This document shows positions 20,246 through 30,095 of a DNA stretch of 44,553 nt, one piece after another. Positions within the stretch are counted from its first letter, which is position 1. Every line of letters starts with the position of its first letter. Source of the stretch: Patescibacteria group bacterium (GTDB lineage: Bacteria > Patescibacteriota > Patescibacteriia > Patescibacteriales > UBA12465); assembly GCA_027858435.1 (NCBI GenBank), contig JAQICS010000015.1, positions 1 through 44,553 of the forward strand, given 5' to 3'. Below the pieces are notes generated by a model. That model worked only from the letters and a program-made list of their open reading frames with translations. It was not told the origin of the DNA and did not search any database. The translations under genes were made by a program, and so were the position numbers.

Positions 20246-22930
20246 TTAAATTTGTAATCCTTTTTCTATTTCAATCTCTGCCTTATCGTTAATAACAATA
20301 ATATCACGTCGTTTAAGCTCACCTGATAATATTTTATTAGCAATAACATTTTCCACCTTTTCTTGAAGTAATCTTCGTAAAGGACGGGCACCAAATTTTG
20401 GATCATAGCCTTGTTTTGCTAAAATTTTCACCCCTCTTTTGTCAGCCTTTAAGCTAAAACCTTTTTTCTCCAAATTCTTCTTTATTTTCTTAAGCATTAA
20501 GGTGGTAATTGAAGTAACATCTTCTTCACTTAAAGTTTTAAAAACAATTATACCATCAAAACGATTGATAAGCTCCGGTCGCATGTGTTTATTTAAGTGA
20601 TCATCAATTAAACCTTGGGTGATAACATTTATATCAGTATCTTTCTTTATCTCATCTTGAATATAATTAGCACCAATGTTTGAAGTAGCAATTATAATTG
20701 ACTCAGAAAAACTAACTGTTCTTCCTTGTCCATCGGTTAATCTTCCATCATCTAGCATTTGTAAAAACAAATTTAAAATATCTGGATTAGCTTTTTCTAT
20801 CTCATCAAGTAAAATAAGAGAAAATGGTTTTTTACGGACTGCTTCGGTTAGGTAACCTTTAGTACCACTGGTATCACCGATCATTTTACTTAAGCTATCA
20901 CTTCCCTGATATTCACTCATGTCAATTCTAACCAAGTAATCTTCATCACCAAAATAAATATCAGATACTGATTTTGCTAATTCTGTCTTACCAACACCAG
21001 TTGGTCCTAAAAACAAAAAGCTAGCAATTGGTTTATTTCCGCTTTTAATTTGGGCTCTAGCTCTTCTTAAACTGGCTGACACTGCTTTTACTGCTTCTTC
21101 TTGTCCCACTAAGCGCTTATGTATTTCTTCTTCAAGGTTTAATAATTTTTGACTCTCTTCTTCACTAACTTTTTGGGCTGGAATTCCAGTTAACTCACTA
21201 ATAGCAACCGCCACATCTTCTTTGCCACAAAAAGAATCTTCTGGATTATTAGCCGCCCGACTAGCAGCCACTGAAGCCGCTTTTTGTAGAAGATTAATAG
21301 CTTTAAGTGGTAAATATTTATCATGAAAATACTTTTCAGACATATTAACCGCTGCCTCAAGCGCTCCATAGACTACAAACACTCCATATTTAGATTCAAT
21401 TTGTCCCACCTTGCTCTGAAGTATTTGAATGGCATTGTTTTTCTCTGGCTCCTTAACAGAGATTTTAGTCATAGCTTCTCCCAAAGCAGTTCTTTCAACA
21501 TATGAGGAATAATTTCTAGAAGAAGCAGAAGCAATAGCAAATATATGTTTTCTTCTAACTGATTCAGCTAACACTTCAGATAGATCTAAACTTTCTTGAC
21601 TACCAGCTGAGATTCCAATTAGATTTTCAACATTATCAATATATAATACAATATTTCCTGAACGACTTGCTTCTGATATACAAGCTAAAAGTCTTTCTTG
21701 AGCCAGTGAGGCATCTGCTCCTGAAACTAAAATAGAGGTATCAAGTTCAATTAAACGACGATCGCGCATAAACTTTGGCACATCTTCCTCAACCATTATT
21801 TGAGCCAAACCATTAATTATTGTAGTTTTTCCAACTCCATTATGACCAACTAGTAATAATCCATTATGACCACCATTAAAGGATTGAAATATTTGTCTAA
21901 ATTCTTTTTCTCTTCCAATACACATTTCTAAATTTCCAAATTTAGCTTGAATAGTTAAATCATGAGAAAACTTATCTAAAGTTGGAGTAGCAATAGCGGT
22001 ATATGATCTATTCATATTGCCCTCTGGCTTTAAAAGAGCGGAGCTATGAAATTTTTTATACTTCTTTTTCAATTTACGATTAATCCTAAACCAAGCAACT
22101 GTGTTTCTAATCCTATCAGCGTTTACCCCTACCTCTTCAAGTATTTCCGCTAGAACATCATCTCTTGCATAGCAATATGAAATAATATTTAAAGGATCAA
22201 CGTTGTCTTGACCTAAATTATATGCTTCCACAAGAGCACAAATCATAATTTCCTCTAAATCATTATCTTCTTCTTCCTTGTACTCTTCTCTGGCTAAGTT
22301 TCTATCAAGCAAAGAAATCATTTTTTTAGCATCAACATTTAATCTGATAAAAACATTTTGAATTTCCTTATTCTTTAAAAGTACTCTAAAGATATGTAAA
22401 CTATTGGCTTTTTTTAAATTTAAATCCTTGGCTAAAAAACAAGCTTCCTCTATTAACTCAATTGCTTCATCAGTACAAGCATCAACTATATTAAATCTTT
22501 TCCCTTCTTTCTTATTTTTCCCCTCATCATTATTAAAATCCTTTTTTTTAATCTTTTTAGTTTCTGCTTTTTTTTGACTAATTCTGTAAACAAAAAATAA
22601 ATCAAAGAAAAGACTAAGAAGAAATATAAGTATTAAAAAATCAAATTCTTGCCAAAAAAAGATAAGATTTAAAGGATTGGCAATTATTTTATCCAAATTT
22701 AAATATATCCAAAAAGCAAAAGAAAGCCATCCTGAAATAATTACTATTATTCCTAAAATGTTGGCAATTTTATAGAATCTATTCTTAAACTTTTTTAAAA
22801 GGGATATTGATTTTTTAACCGGATAATTCCAATACAGAAACCTGCCCAAAAACCAGCTACCATAAATTTTTCTGGTATCATCATAGACAAACTCTATATC
22901 TTCAGGATTTATACGTTCTTGTTCAGGCAT
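20246..22930 (-). CDS. Membrane-anchored Clp/Hsp100 AAA+ ATPase
   Basis: Two TM helices near the N-terminus; Clp-N-like region; Walker A GHNGVGKT and GPTGVGKT; LLDEIEKA; GARPLRR. Confidence 0.88.
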   Translation of the reverse strand: MPEQERINPEDIEFVYDDTRKIYGSWFLGRFLYWNYPVKKSISLLKKFKNRFYKIANILGIIVIISGWLSFAFWIYLNLDKIIANPLNLIFFWQEFDFLILIFLLSLFFDLFFVYRISQKKAETKKIKKKDFNNDEGKNKKEGKRFNIVDACTDEAIELIEEACFLAKDLNLKKANSLHIFRVLLKNKEIQNVFIRLNVDAKKMISLLDRNLAREEYKEEEDNDLEEIMICALVEAYNLGQDNVDPLNIISYCYARDDVLAEILEEVGVNADRIRNTVAWFRINRKLKKKYKKFHSSALLKPEGNMNRSYTAIATPTLDKFSHDLTIQAKFGNLEMCIGREKEFRQIFQSFNGGHNGLLLVGHNGVGKTTIINGLAQIMVEEDVPKFMRDRRLIELDTSILVSGADASLAQERLLACISEASRSGNIVLYIDNVENLIGISAGSQESLDLSEVLAESVRRKHIFAIASASSRNYSSYVERTALGEAMTKISVKEPEKNNAIQILQSKVGQIESKYGVFVVYGALEAAVNMSEKYFHDKYLPLKAINLLQKAASVAASRAANNPEDSFCGKEDVAVAISELTGIPAQKVSEEESQKLLNLEEEIHKRLVGQEEAVKAVSASLRRARAQIKSGNKPIASFLFLGPTGVGKTELAKSVSDIYFGDEDYLVRIDMSEYQGSDSLSKMIGDTSGTKGYLTEAVRKKPFSLILLDEIEKANPDILNLFLQMLDDGRLTDGQGRTVSFSESIIIATSNIGANYIQDEIKKDTDINVITQGLIDDHLNKHMRPELINRFDGIIVFKTLSEEDVTSITTLMLKKIKKNLEKKGFSLKADKRGVKILAKQGYDPKFGARPLRRLLQEKVENVIANKILSGELKRRDIIVINDKAEIEIEKGLQI

Positions 22931-22939
22931 ATAAAATAT

Positions 22940-23314
22940 TTAAAAAATTTGAAAAATTAAAGCAAAGACGATAAAGGCTGGAATTGCAATCCAAAAAAGA
23001 ACGGATATAATTGCCACAAATATCCAAAACAGCATAACAAAAGATCGGTAAAGTATTTGAAAAAATCTAATAAAAAAACTAATCATTCTTCCACTAAAAT
23101 CATATTGACCATACATCGGTACAAATATATTTTTCACCCAAACGCTAAGACCAATATTTTTTTCTCTGTCTTTTATCATTTTAAGTAATGACTTTATTTT
23201 TTTAAACAAGCCAACGGTGTACCACCAAACTGGAAAATATAGTATTTTCCCTAACATTTCGGCAATAATTACGGAAAAATAGCTAGCTGAGTTGTTAGAT
23301 ATAACATTTTTCAT
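22940..23314 (-). CDS. Small membrane protein co-transcribed with the membrane Clp ATPase
   Basis: YFPVWWYT...NIFVPMYGQ; hydrophobic C-terminus; 9 nt upstream of the ATPase gene. Confidence 0.8.
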   Translation of the reverse strand: MKNVISNNSASYFSVIIAEMLGKILYFPVWWYTVGLFKKIKSLLKMIKDREKNIGLSVWVKNIFVPMYGQYDFSGRMISFFIRFFQILYRSFVMLFWIFVAIISVLFWIAIPAFIVFALIFQIF

Positions 23315-23399
23315 TTTTTAAATTATTAATAGTAAAATATAGTAATTATATTTTCATATTTAGCTTATTTAATAATATAATAACATTAATTATAGGCAA

Positions 23400-23459
23400 T
23401 TGACAACTAAGAAAAGATATATTAACATACTATTAGCACTCTTATCATAAGACTGCTAA
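23400..23459 (+). promoter_or_regulatory. clpB promoter and CIRCE (HrcA operator)
   Basis: TTGACA (23400)-17-TAACAT; TTAGCACTC-N9-GACTGCTAA at 23433-23459, one mismatch from the CIRCE consensus. Confidence 0.88.
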
Positions 23460-23492
23460 GATAATTCCAATAAATTACTAAAATTTACACAT

Positions 23493-26138
23493 ATGTTCAA
23501 TAAATTTACCGATAAATCACAGGAAGTAATAATTAACTCTCAAGCAATTGCTACCAGCTTTGGTCAAGCAAATATTGAGGCTCTTCACATACTGCTTGCT
23601 CTTTCAGAGCAAAACGAAGGATTAACTAAACCAGTTTTAGAAAAATTAAAAATAGACCCCGATAGAATTGAAGAGCAAACTGTTAAAGAAATTGAAAAGC
23701 TTCCCCACTCTAAAACTGGAGCTTCAAATCCAAACGGACCGATTCAATCTGTATCTGGTACAGCTGAGACTGCTTTAGTATTAGAACGAGCTAAAAAAGA
23801 AGCTGATGGTATGAGCGATGAATTTATTTCTACCGAACACATTCTTCTAGCTTTAATTGGTATTAAATCAAAAGCTCAAGAAGTTCTTTTAAGCTTTAAA
23901 GTTGATTATAAAAAGGTTAAAGAAATTCTAAAAGAATTACGGGGCTCTCAACATGTGAATGATCCTTTTCCTGAAAATAAATACAAAGTACTAGAAAAAT
24001 ATACTAGCAATTTAACTGAACTTGCTAGAACTGAAAAACTAGATCCAGTTATCGGACGTGACCAAGAAATCAGACGTATTATGCAAGTACTACTCCGCCG
24101 TACTAAAAACAATCCTGTTTTAATCGGTGAACCTGGTACTGGTAAGACTGCTATTGTTGAAGGACTAGCGCAAAGAATTATCTCCGGTGACGTTCCAGAA
24201 AATTTAAAAGATAAAGAAATAGTAACTCTTGATTTAGGTTCTTTAGTAGCGGGAGCAAAATTTAGAGGTGAATTTGAAGATCGTTTAAAAGCAGTTATAA
24301 AAGAAGTTAAATCACAAAATGGAAAAATAATTCTTTTTATCGACGAACTCCACACTCTAGTTGGAACTGGCGCTTCCGATGGTGCAATGGATGCTTCAAA
24401 TATGTTAAAGCCAGCTTTAGCTAAAGGTGATCTTAGAACAATTGGAGCAACCACCACTAAAGAATATCAAAAATATATTGAAAAAGATGCCGCTCTTGAA
24501 AGACGTTTTCAACCAATTTTAACTGATGAACCAACTATTGAAGACACCGTTAGTATGTTAAGAGGGCTAAAGGAAAAATACGAAGTTCATCACGGCGTTA
24601 GAATTACTGACGATGCTTTAATAGCAGCTGCTAAACTCTCTAACCGCTATATCAGCGATAGATTTCTACCGGACAAAGCAGTAGATTTAATTGATGAAGC
24701 CACTTCTTCTCTGCGCATGGAAATTGATTCAATGCCAGAAGAACTTGATCAATTAAAAAGAAATATTAATCAATTAGAATTAAATAAAGCTGGTTTAAAA
24801 AATAGTGCTAAAAAAACTAATAACTCTAAAGGATTAAAATCTCTTAATTCTGAATTAGCTCAACTTAAAGAAAAAGCAAATCAATTAGAACTTCATTGGA
24901 AGAATGAAAAAAATATAATTTCTAAACTTCGCTCTTTAAAGAAAGAACTAGAAGATTTAAAAATTAAATCAGAAATACTACAAAGACAAGGAGCTGATTT
25001 AAATGAAGTAGCGGAAATTAAATATGGCTTAATTCCGGAAAAAGAGAGTGAAATAAAAAATAACCAACTTGAATTAACTAAAATACAAAAGAAAGGTCAA
25101 AGAATCCTAAAAGAAGAAGTTGATGAAGAAGATATTGCTAAAGTTGTAGCTCGCTGGACTGGTATTCCAACTAACAAAATGCTACAAGATGATATTAAAA
25201 AACTAGCTAACGCTGAAGATAATCTTGCTAAAAAGGTTATTGGTCAAAATGAAGCAATTGAAGCAATTTCTAATGCCTTACGTCGTAGCCGAGCCGGAAT
25301 TAATGAAGAGAAAAAACCAATTGGCTCATATTTATTTGTTGGACCAAGTGGTGTTGGAAAAACTGAATTAGCTAAATCACTAGCTCGCTTTATGTTTAAT
25401 GATGAAAAATCATTAATCAGATTAGACATGAGTGAGTTTATGGAAAAGCACTCTGTAGCTAAATTAATCGGTTCCCCTCCTGGATACGTTGGTCATGACG
25501 ATGGTGGTCAATTAACTGACAAAGTTAGACGTCATCCATATAGTGTAATTCTATTTGATGAAATTGAAAAAGCTCATCCAGATATGTTTAATATGCTGCT
25601 ACAAATTTTAGATGACGGTCGCTTAACTGACGCCAAAGGAAGAGTAGTTAATTTCAAAAATACTATTGTAATTATGACCTCAAATCTTGGCAATGAAATC
25701 ATTAAACAATATTCAATTGGCTTTAACACTGAAGAGGATAAAGAAAATGGTGGTCGTGATCAGGAAATGAAAGACAAGATTGATGGAATATTAAAACAAA
25801 ACTTTAAACTAGAATTTCTTAACCGTATTGATGAAATTGTTTTATTTAAGAGCTTAAATAAAAAGAGTTTAGAAAAGATTGTTGACCTTGAATTAGCTAA
25901 AGTTGAAAAAAGACTTAATAATAAGAATATTACCATTAAAGTTAGTGCTAAGGTTAAAAAACTACTGGCTGAAAAAGGCTATGACACTAGCTATGGTGCT
26001 CGTCCTCTTAAAAGATTAATCCAAACTATGATTCTAGATGAAATGGCAATGGATATTATTGAAGGTAAAATTAATGAAGGAGATAAGGTTAATATTGACT
26101 TGGGGAAAAAGTCAGAAATTGTGTTGGCTGTAAAATAA
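23493..26138 (+). CDS. clpB: ClpB-type AAA+ disaggregase
   Basis: LDPVIGR, GEPGTGKT, IDELH, DAALERRFQ, long coiled-coil middle domain, GPSGVGKT, GSPPGYVG. Confidence 0.93.
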   Translation: MFNKFTDKSQEVIINSQAIATSFGQANIEALHILLALSEQNEGLTKPVLEKLKIDPDRIEEQTVKEIEKLPHSKTGASNPNGPIQSVSGTAETALVLERAKKEADGMSDEFISTEHILLALIGIKSKAQEVLLSFKVDYKKVKEILKELRGSQHVNDPFPENKYKVLEKYTSNLTELARTEKLDPVIGRDQEIRRIMQVLLRRTKNNPVLIGEPGTGKTAIVEGLAQRIISGDVPENLKDKEIVTLDLGSLVAGAKFRGEFEDRLKAVIKEVKSQNGKIILFIDELHTLVGTGASDGAMDASNMLKPALAKGDLRTIGATTTKEYQKYIEKDAALERRFQPILTDEPTIEDTVSMLRGLKEKYEVHHGVRITDDALIAAAKLSNRYISDRFLPDKAVDLIDEATSSLRMEIDSMPEELDQLKRNINQLELNKAGLKNSAKKTNNSKGLKSLNSELAQLKEKANQLELHWKNEKNIISKLRSLKKELEDLKIKSEILQRQGADLNEVAEIKYGLIPEKESEIKNNQLELTKIQKKGQRILKEEVDEEDIAKVVARWTGIPTNKMLQDDIKKLANAEDNLAKKVIGQNEAIEAISNALRRSRAGINEEKKPIGSYLFVGPSGVGKTELAKSLARFMFNDEKSLIRLDMSEFMEKHSVAKLIGSPPGYVGHDDGGQLTDKVRRHPYSVILFDEIEKAHPDMFNMLLQILDDGRLTDAKGRVVNFKNTIVIMTSNLGNEIIKQYSIGFNTEEDKENGGRDQEMKDKIDGILKQNFKLEFLNRIDEIVLFKSLNKKSLEKIVDLELAKVEKRLNNKNITIKVSAKVKKLLAEKGYDTSYGARPLKRLIQTMILDEMAMDIIEGKINEGDKVNIDLGKKSEIVLAVK

Positions 26139-26185
26139 ATTTTATAGTATAATAGGAATTGCTAAAAAATTAACAAACATAAAAA

Positions 26186-27742
26186 ATGAAATCTATCAAA
26201 ATATCCTACATAATAGCAATTACAATTATATTATTTACTGGACTTAGTCCGCTAAATGCCAAAGCTGAATTTGATCCCAATAGAATTATTGAAGATAACT
26301 TTTTCTTTAATACCAACTCAATGACAATTTCAGAAATTCAATCTTTTTTAGAAGAAAAGAATAGTTTTTTAGCTGGTTATGTCATTAAAAACGCCTATGG
26401 AACTTCAAAAACAGCCGCTCAAATAATTTGGGATGCTGCTAATAATAATTATGATTGTGATGGAGTAGAATTAAGAGATCACCCAAGTGAAGCAGAAAGA
26501 ATGGTGAAGTGTAAAAAAATAACAACCATTAATCCTCAGTTTCTATTAATTCTTCTACAAAAAGAGCAAAGTTTAATTACTAAAGCTAGTCCAAGTCAAA
26601 AAACTCTTGATGAAGCAACTGGTTATGGATGTCCAACCGGTGGCTACTGTAGTCCGTATTGGAAAGGTTTTGGCAAACAAGTAAACAGTGCATCACTGCA
26701 GTTTAAAGCATACTATAACAGTCCAGCTAATTATCGTTTTAGAAATGGTGGGACCTATATTGCTAAAGATAAATACTCAATGCTTAAAACTATAGCTCAA
26801 GCCATACAAGATGGGTCATATAATGAAATAGCTGATTCTCCGGAATTTACTACTATTACTATTAAAAACAAGGCTACAGCTGCCCTATATAATTACACTC
26901 CTCATGTATATAATGGAAACTATAATGTATACAAACTACTAAATAACTATTTCCCTGAAGTAGTAAATGGCAATAGTAATTTCCCAACAACAAACGAACC
27001 AGTTAGAGATTTAAGAAGTTTTCCAAATGGAACGCTAATTAAAGCAGAAACTCAACCAGAAATCTGGTTAATTGATAATGGTCAAAAAAGACATTTTGCT
27101 AACTGGTCAACCTTTGCTACTCGCTTTAGCCTAGATCAAGTAATTACCGCTACTGAAGCAGAAATAGAAAAGTATTCAAAAGGTCCAGCTATTAAATTCC
27201 CTAACTATTCTTTAGTTAAAACAGATAAAGAAAATATCTATCTTTTAGTTGATGATAAAAAAAGACCATTTGCTAGTGAAGAAGTGTATAAAAACTTTGG
27301 CTTTCACCCAAGTGAACTTGAAAGTGCTAAAGAAACTGATCTTTTAAGCTATGACATGGGAAAAGAAATTACCTTTAACTCAACTTATTTAACTGGTATC
27401 ATTGTTGAAGAAGTAGAAACAGGTAAATACTTTTACCTTGAAGATGATACTAAGGCCCCAATTGATAAACTAGTAATTGAAACAAGGTATAAAAATCAAT
27501 CTATATCTAAAAAAAGTCAGGCTGAATTAAATAAACTAGAAAAAGTTGATCCAATTTTATTTAAAGATAGTACTTTAGTTAGAACCTCAAATTATCCAAC
27601 AATATATCTAATATCTGATGAAAAAAAACGACCTTTTGCTAGCAAGGCTGTATTTAACAAATTAGGATATAGTGAAGATAATGTTATAACCGCTAGCTCA
27701 CAAGTCCTTTATTACTATGATAAAGGTGAAATAATTAAATAA
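26186..27742 (+). CDS. Secreted protein with putative lysozyme-like domain and C-terminal repeats
   Basis: Signal peptide; LQKEQSL, GYGCP and NKATAALYNYTPH motifs; about four LIK/LVK...IYL...KRPF repeats. Confidence 0.7.
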   Translation: MKSIKISYIIAITIILFTGLSPLNAKAEFDPNRIIEDNFFFNTNSMTISEIQSFLEEKNSFLAGYVIKNAYGTSKTAAQIIWDAANNNYDCDGVELRDHPSEAERMVKCKKITTINPQFLLILLQKEQSLITKASPSQKTLDEATGYGCPTGGYCSPYWKGFGKQVNSASLQFKAYYNSPANYRFRNGGTYIAKDKYSMLKTIAQAIQDGSYNEIADSPEFTTITIKNKATAALYNYTPHVYNGNYNVYKLLNNYFPEVVNGNSNFPTTNEPVRDLRSFPNGTLIKAETQPEIWLIDNGQKRHFANWSTFATRFSLDQVITATEAEIEKYSKGPAIKFPNYSLVKTDKENIYLLVDDKKRPFASEEVYKNFGFHPSELESAKETDLLSYDMGKEITFNSTYLTGIIVEEVETGKYFYLEDDTKAPIDKLVIETRYKNQSISKKSQAELNKLEKVDPILFKDSTLVRTSNYPTIYLISDEKKRPFASKAVFNKLGYSEDNVITASSQVLYYYDKGEIIK

Positions 27743-27754
27743 ATAATAATATAT

Positions 27755-28630
27755 ATGTCCCTTTTAGTCGCCGGATTATTACCCCATTGTCCCCTTTTAA
27801 TTCCAGAAATAGGGCGATCAAATCAAAAGTTTTTAACAAAAAACATCACCGCCTATAACCAAATCTCTCAAGAGATTAAAGATAATGAAGTTGAAACACT
27901 TGTTATCATCAGTCCACACGCTTTAGACGCCGAAGGCTTAAAAATTAATGTTTCTCCAGAAATGATAATTGATTTTAAAGACTTTGGTTTAATTTCTGGA
28001 AAAGATAAAATTAAAGGTGACTCAACCTTAGCTGACAAATTATACTCAGCCTTAAAGGAAGAAATTGATCTTAAAATGGTGTCACATCCACTTCTTGATT
28101 ATGGTAGTGCTGTCCCCTCTTTTCTTTTAAAGAAAGACAATCCTAATTTAAAGATTGTTGTTATATCAGTTTCAAAAAACCATGATGCTAGTTTTCATAA
28201 TTTAGTAGGTAAAACCATTAAACAGGTTTTAAAAGATACTCCTAAGAAAACTGCTATTGTTGCCTCCGGTGATCTTTCTCATAGTCTAAAAAGAAAATCA
28301 CCAGCCGGCTTTAACCCAAAAGCTAATAAATTTGATAATAAAATAATTGAAATTCTAAGCAAAGAAGAAAGCGCTGAAGAAAATATTATCAAAGTTGATT
28401 TCAGCTTAGCAGAAGATGTTGGTCAATGCGCTCTTAGACCCTTAATTGTTCTCTTAGGAGCAATGTCGTCTCAATTTGAAGCCAAACAACTAGCCTATGA
28501 AACTGAATTTGGAATCGGTTATCTAAGTTTCATATTTAAACCATTTAATAAGATAGAAGAAGAAGAAGAAGAAGAAGAAGAAGAAGAAAATATAATAAAT
28601 GATGAAAATAATTTAAAAGAAATTAAATAA
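27755..28630 (+). CDS. Memo / class III extradiol dioxygenase-like protein (AmmeMemoRadiSam B-like)
   Basis: PHCPLLIPEIG, ISPH, ASGDLSH and FGIGY motifs. Confidence 0.8.
   Translation: MSLLVAGLLPHCPLLIPEIGRSNQKFLTKNITAYNQISQEIKDNEVETLVIISPHALDAEGLKINVSPEMIIDFKDFGLISGKDKIKGDSTLADKLYSALKEEIDLKMVSHPLLDYGSAVPSFLLKKDNPNLKIVVISVSKNHDASFHNLVGKTIKQVLKDTPKKTAIVASGDLSHSLKRKSPAGFNPKANKFDNKIIEILSKEESAEENIIKVDFSLAEDVGQCALRPLIVLLGAMSSQFEAKQLAYETEFGIGYLSFIFKPFNKIEEEEEEEEEEENIINDENNLKEIK
28556..28588 (+). repeat. Perfect (GAA)11 microsatellite encoding poly-Glu
   Basis: Eleven uninterrupted in-frame GAA codons. Confidence 0.9.
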
Positions 28631-28637
28631 TTAGCCT

Positions 28638-28949
28638 ATGCCTCTTGAATCTTTTTCAGATATATATAATAATAAAAAACCAACTAAAAAGGCTCCCGCC
28701 TATAGATGGCAAGATTTAGCCTTACAATTAATTAATGATCTTTCTGTTCCAAATAATAAAAAATCATCAATTTTTAAAGCTTGTCGAGATAATTCAGAAT
28801 CAAGAATAAGAACTGCTTTAAATGATACTAAGGAACTGTGTAAAGGTGGTTCAAAATGGCAATATTTTTTCAAAGTATTAAGCTCACTTAATCAAAAAGA
28901 AGCTGAAGGCAAGGAAGAGGAAAATAAAGATATAAAAGAAAATAAATAA
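28638..28949 (+). CDS. Hypothetical protein (103 aa)
   Basis: Packed in operon with 7-nt and 1-nt gaps. Confidence 0.75.
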   Translation: MPLESFSDIYNNKKPTKKAPAYRWQDLALQLINDLSVPNNKKSSIFKACRDNSESRIRTALNDTKELCKGGSKWQYFFKVLSSLNQKEAEGKEEENKDIKENK

Positions 28950-28950
28950 A

Positions 28951-29490
28951 ATGAACAAAGAAAAAAATAACAATAAAGAAAATTTTTTAGATATAATACA
29001 TCATCCTGATGAAAGATTAAGGAAGATAAGTGATGAAGTTGACTTAAAGGATATAAAAAAACCTGAATTCCAAAATTGGCTTCAGGACTTAAAGTTAACT
29101 ATGATTAAAAAAGATGGAGCTGGTCTTGCTGCACCTCAGGTTGGTAAAAATATTAGAGTTTTTGTAGTAAATGATGAAAAAAATAATATTATATTAATTA
29201 ATCCCAAAATCACTAAAAAATCTTGGGCTAGAGAACTAGACGATGAAGGTTGTCTATCTGTTGTAAACACAAAAGGAGAACTAGTTTATGGTCCAGTTTC
29301 CAGACATAAAAAAATAAACTGCAGTTATATTGACGAAAATGGAAACCCAAAAAAAATAAAAGTAGATAAGTTCCTAGCTCGGGTTATTCAACATGAAAAT
29401 GATCACTTAAATGGAATCCTTTTTATCGACCACATTTCCTCTCCCCTTCCGGATCTTCCAGATAATGTAGAAGAGAGCCAAAATAACTAA
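28951..29490 (+). CDS. def: Peptide deformylase
   Basis: GAGLAAPQVG, EGCLS and QHENDHLNG. Confidence 0.96.
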   Translation: MNKEKNNNKENFLDIIHHPDERLRKISDEVDLKDIKKPEFQNWLQDLKLTMIKKDGAGLAAPQVGKNIRVFVVNDEKNNIILINPKITKKSWARELDDEGCLSVVNTKGELVYGPVSRHKKINCSYIDENGNPKKIKVDKFLARVIQHENDHLNGILFIDHISSPLPDLPDNVEESQNN

Positions 29491-30042
29491 AACCCAACTA
29501 AGTTCTTGATAATATCCATGAAATGATTCTGGGTTCGCACCGATAAAATAACCTAAAGCCGCTAATATACTAACCCAAATAAATGACCCCAAGGCAGTTA
29601 AAGAGACAAATGTTAAAAAATTCATTTTAGAAAAACCAGCTGGTATTGAAACAAGTTGACGAATAACTGGAATTAAGCGCCCCAAAAAAGTAGCAGATTT
29701 AGAGTTAGCTAAAAAGTACTTTTCCGCTCTAGCTATTTTTTCCGGACTGATAAATATAAATTTAGCTAAACGATGATTAGCTAATTTGTAAATAACATAT
29801 CTTCCCAAAGATAAAGATAGAAAATAATTAATTACCGCTCCTATCACACTTCCTAAAACACCAAACAAAACAACCAAATATATATTCATTTCTCCTTGAC
29901 TAGCTAAATAAGCGGCTGGTGGGACTATTATTTCTGAAGGAAAAGGTAAAAAAGAACTTTCAATTGCCATTAAAATAGTTACCCCTAAGTAACCTAAGTC
30001 AGCGGTTATTCCTAAAAAGAATTGAATAAAAGATGAGAACAT
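29407..30042 (-). CDS. dedA: DedA-family membrane protein
   Basis: IESSFLPFPSE, GRLIPVIRQLVSIPAG. Confidence 0.92.
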   Translation of the reverse strand: MFSSFIQFFLGITADLGYLGVTILMAIESSFLPFPSEIIVPPAAYLASQGEMNIYLVVLFGVLGSVIGAVINYFLSLSLGRYVIYKLANHRLAKFIFISPEKIARAEKYFLANSKSATFLGRLIPVIRQLVSIPAGFSKMNFLTFVSLTALGSFIWVSILAALGYFIGANPESFHGYYQELSWVLVILALFYIIWKIRKGRGNVVDKKDSI

Positions 30043-30095
30043 GTTTTAAAATATTAATAAATTACCTAATATAAATATAGATTATTACAGCTATT

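Noticed and set aside
28638-28949. DnaD-like domain in the 103-aa protein
   Set aside because: Only a loose WQYFFKVL resemblance; cannot be supported without a profile search.
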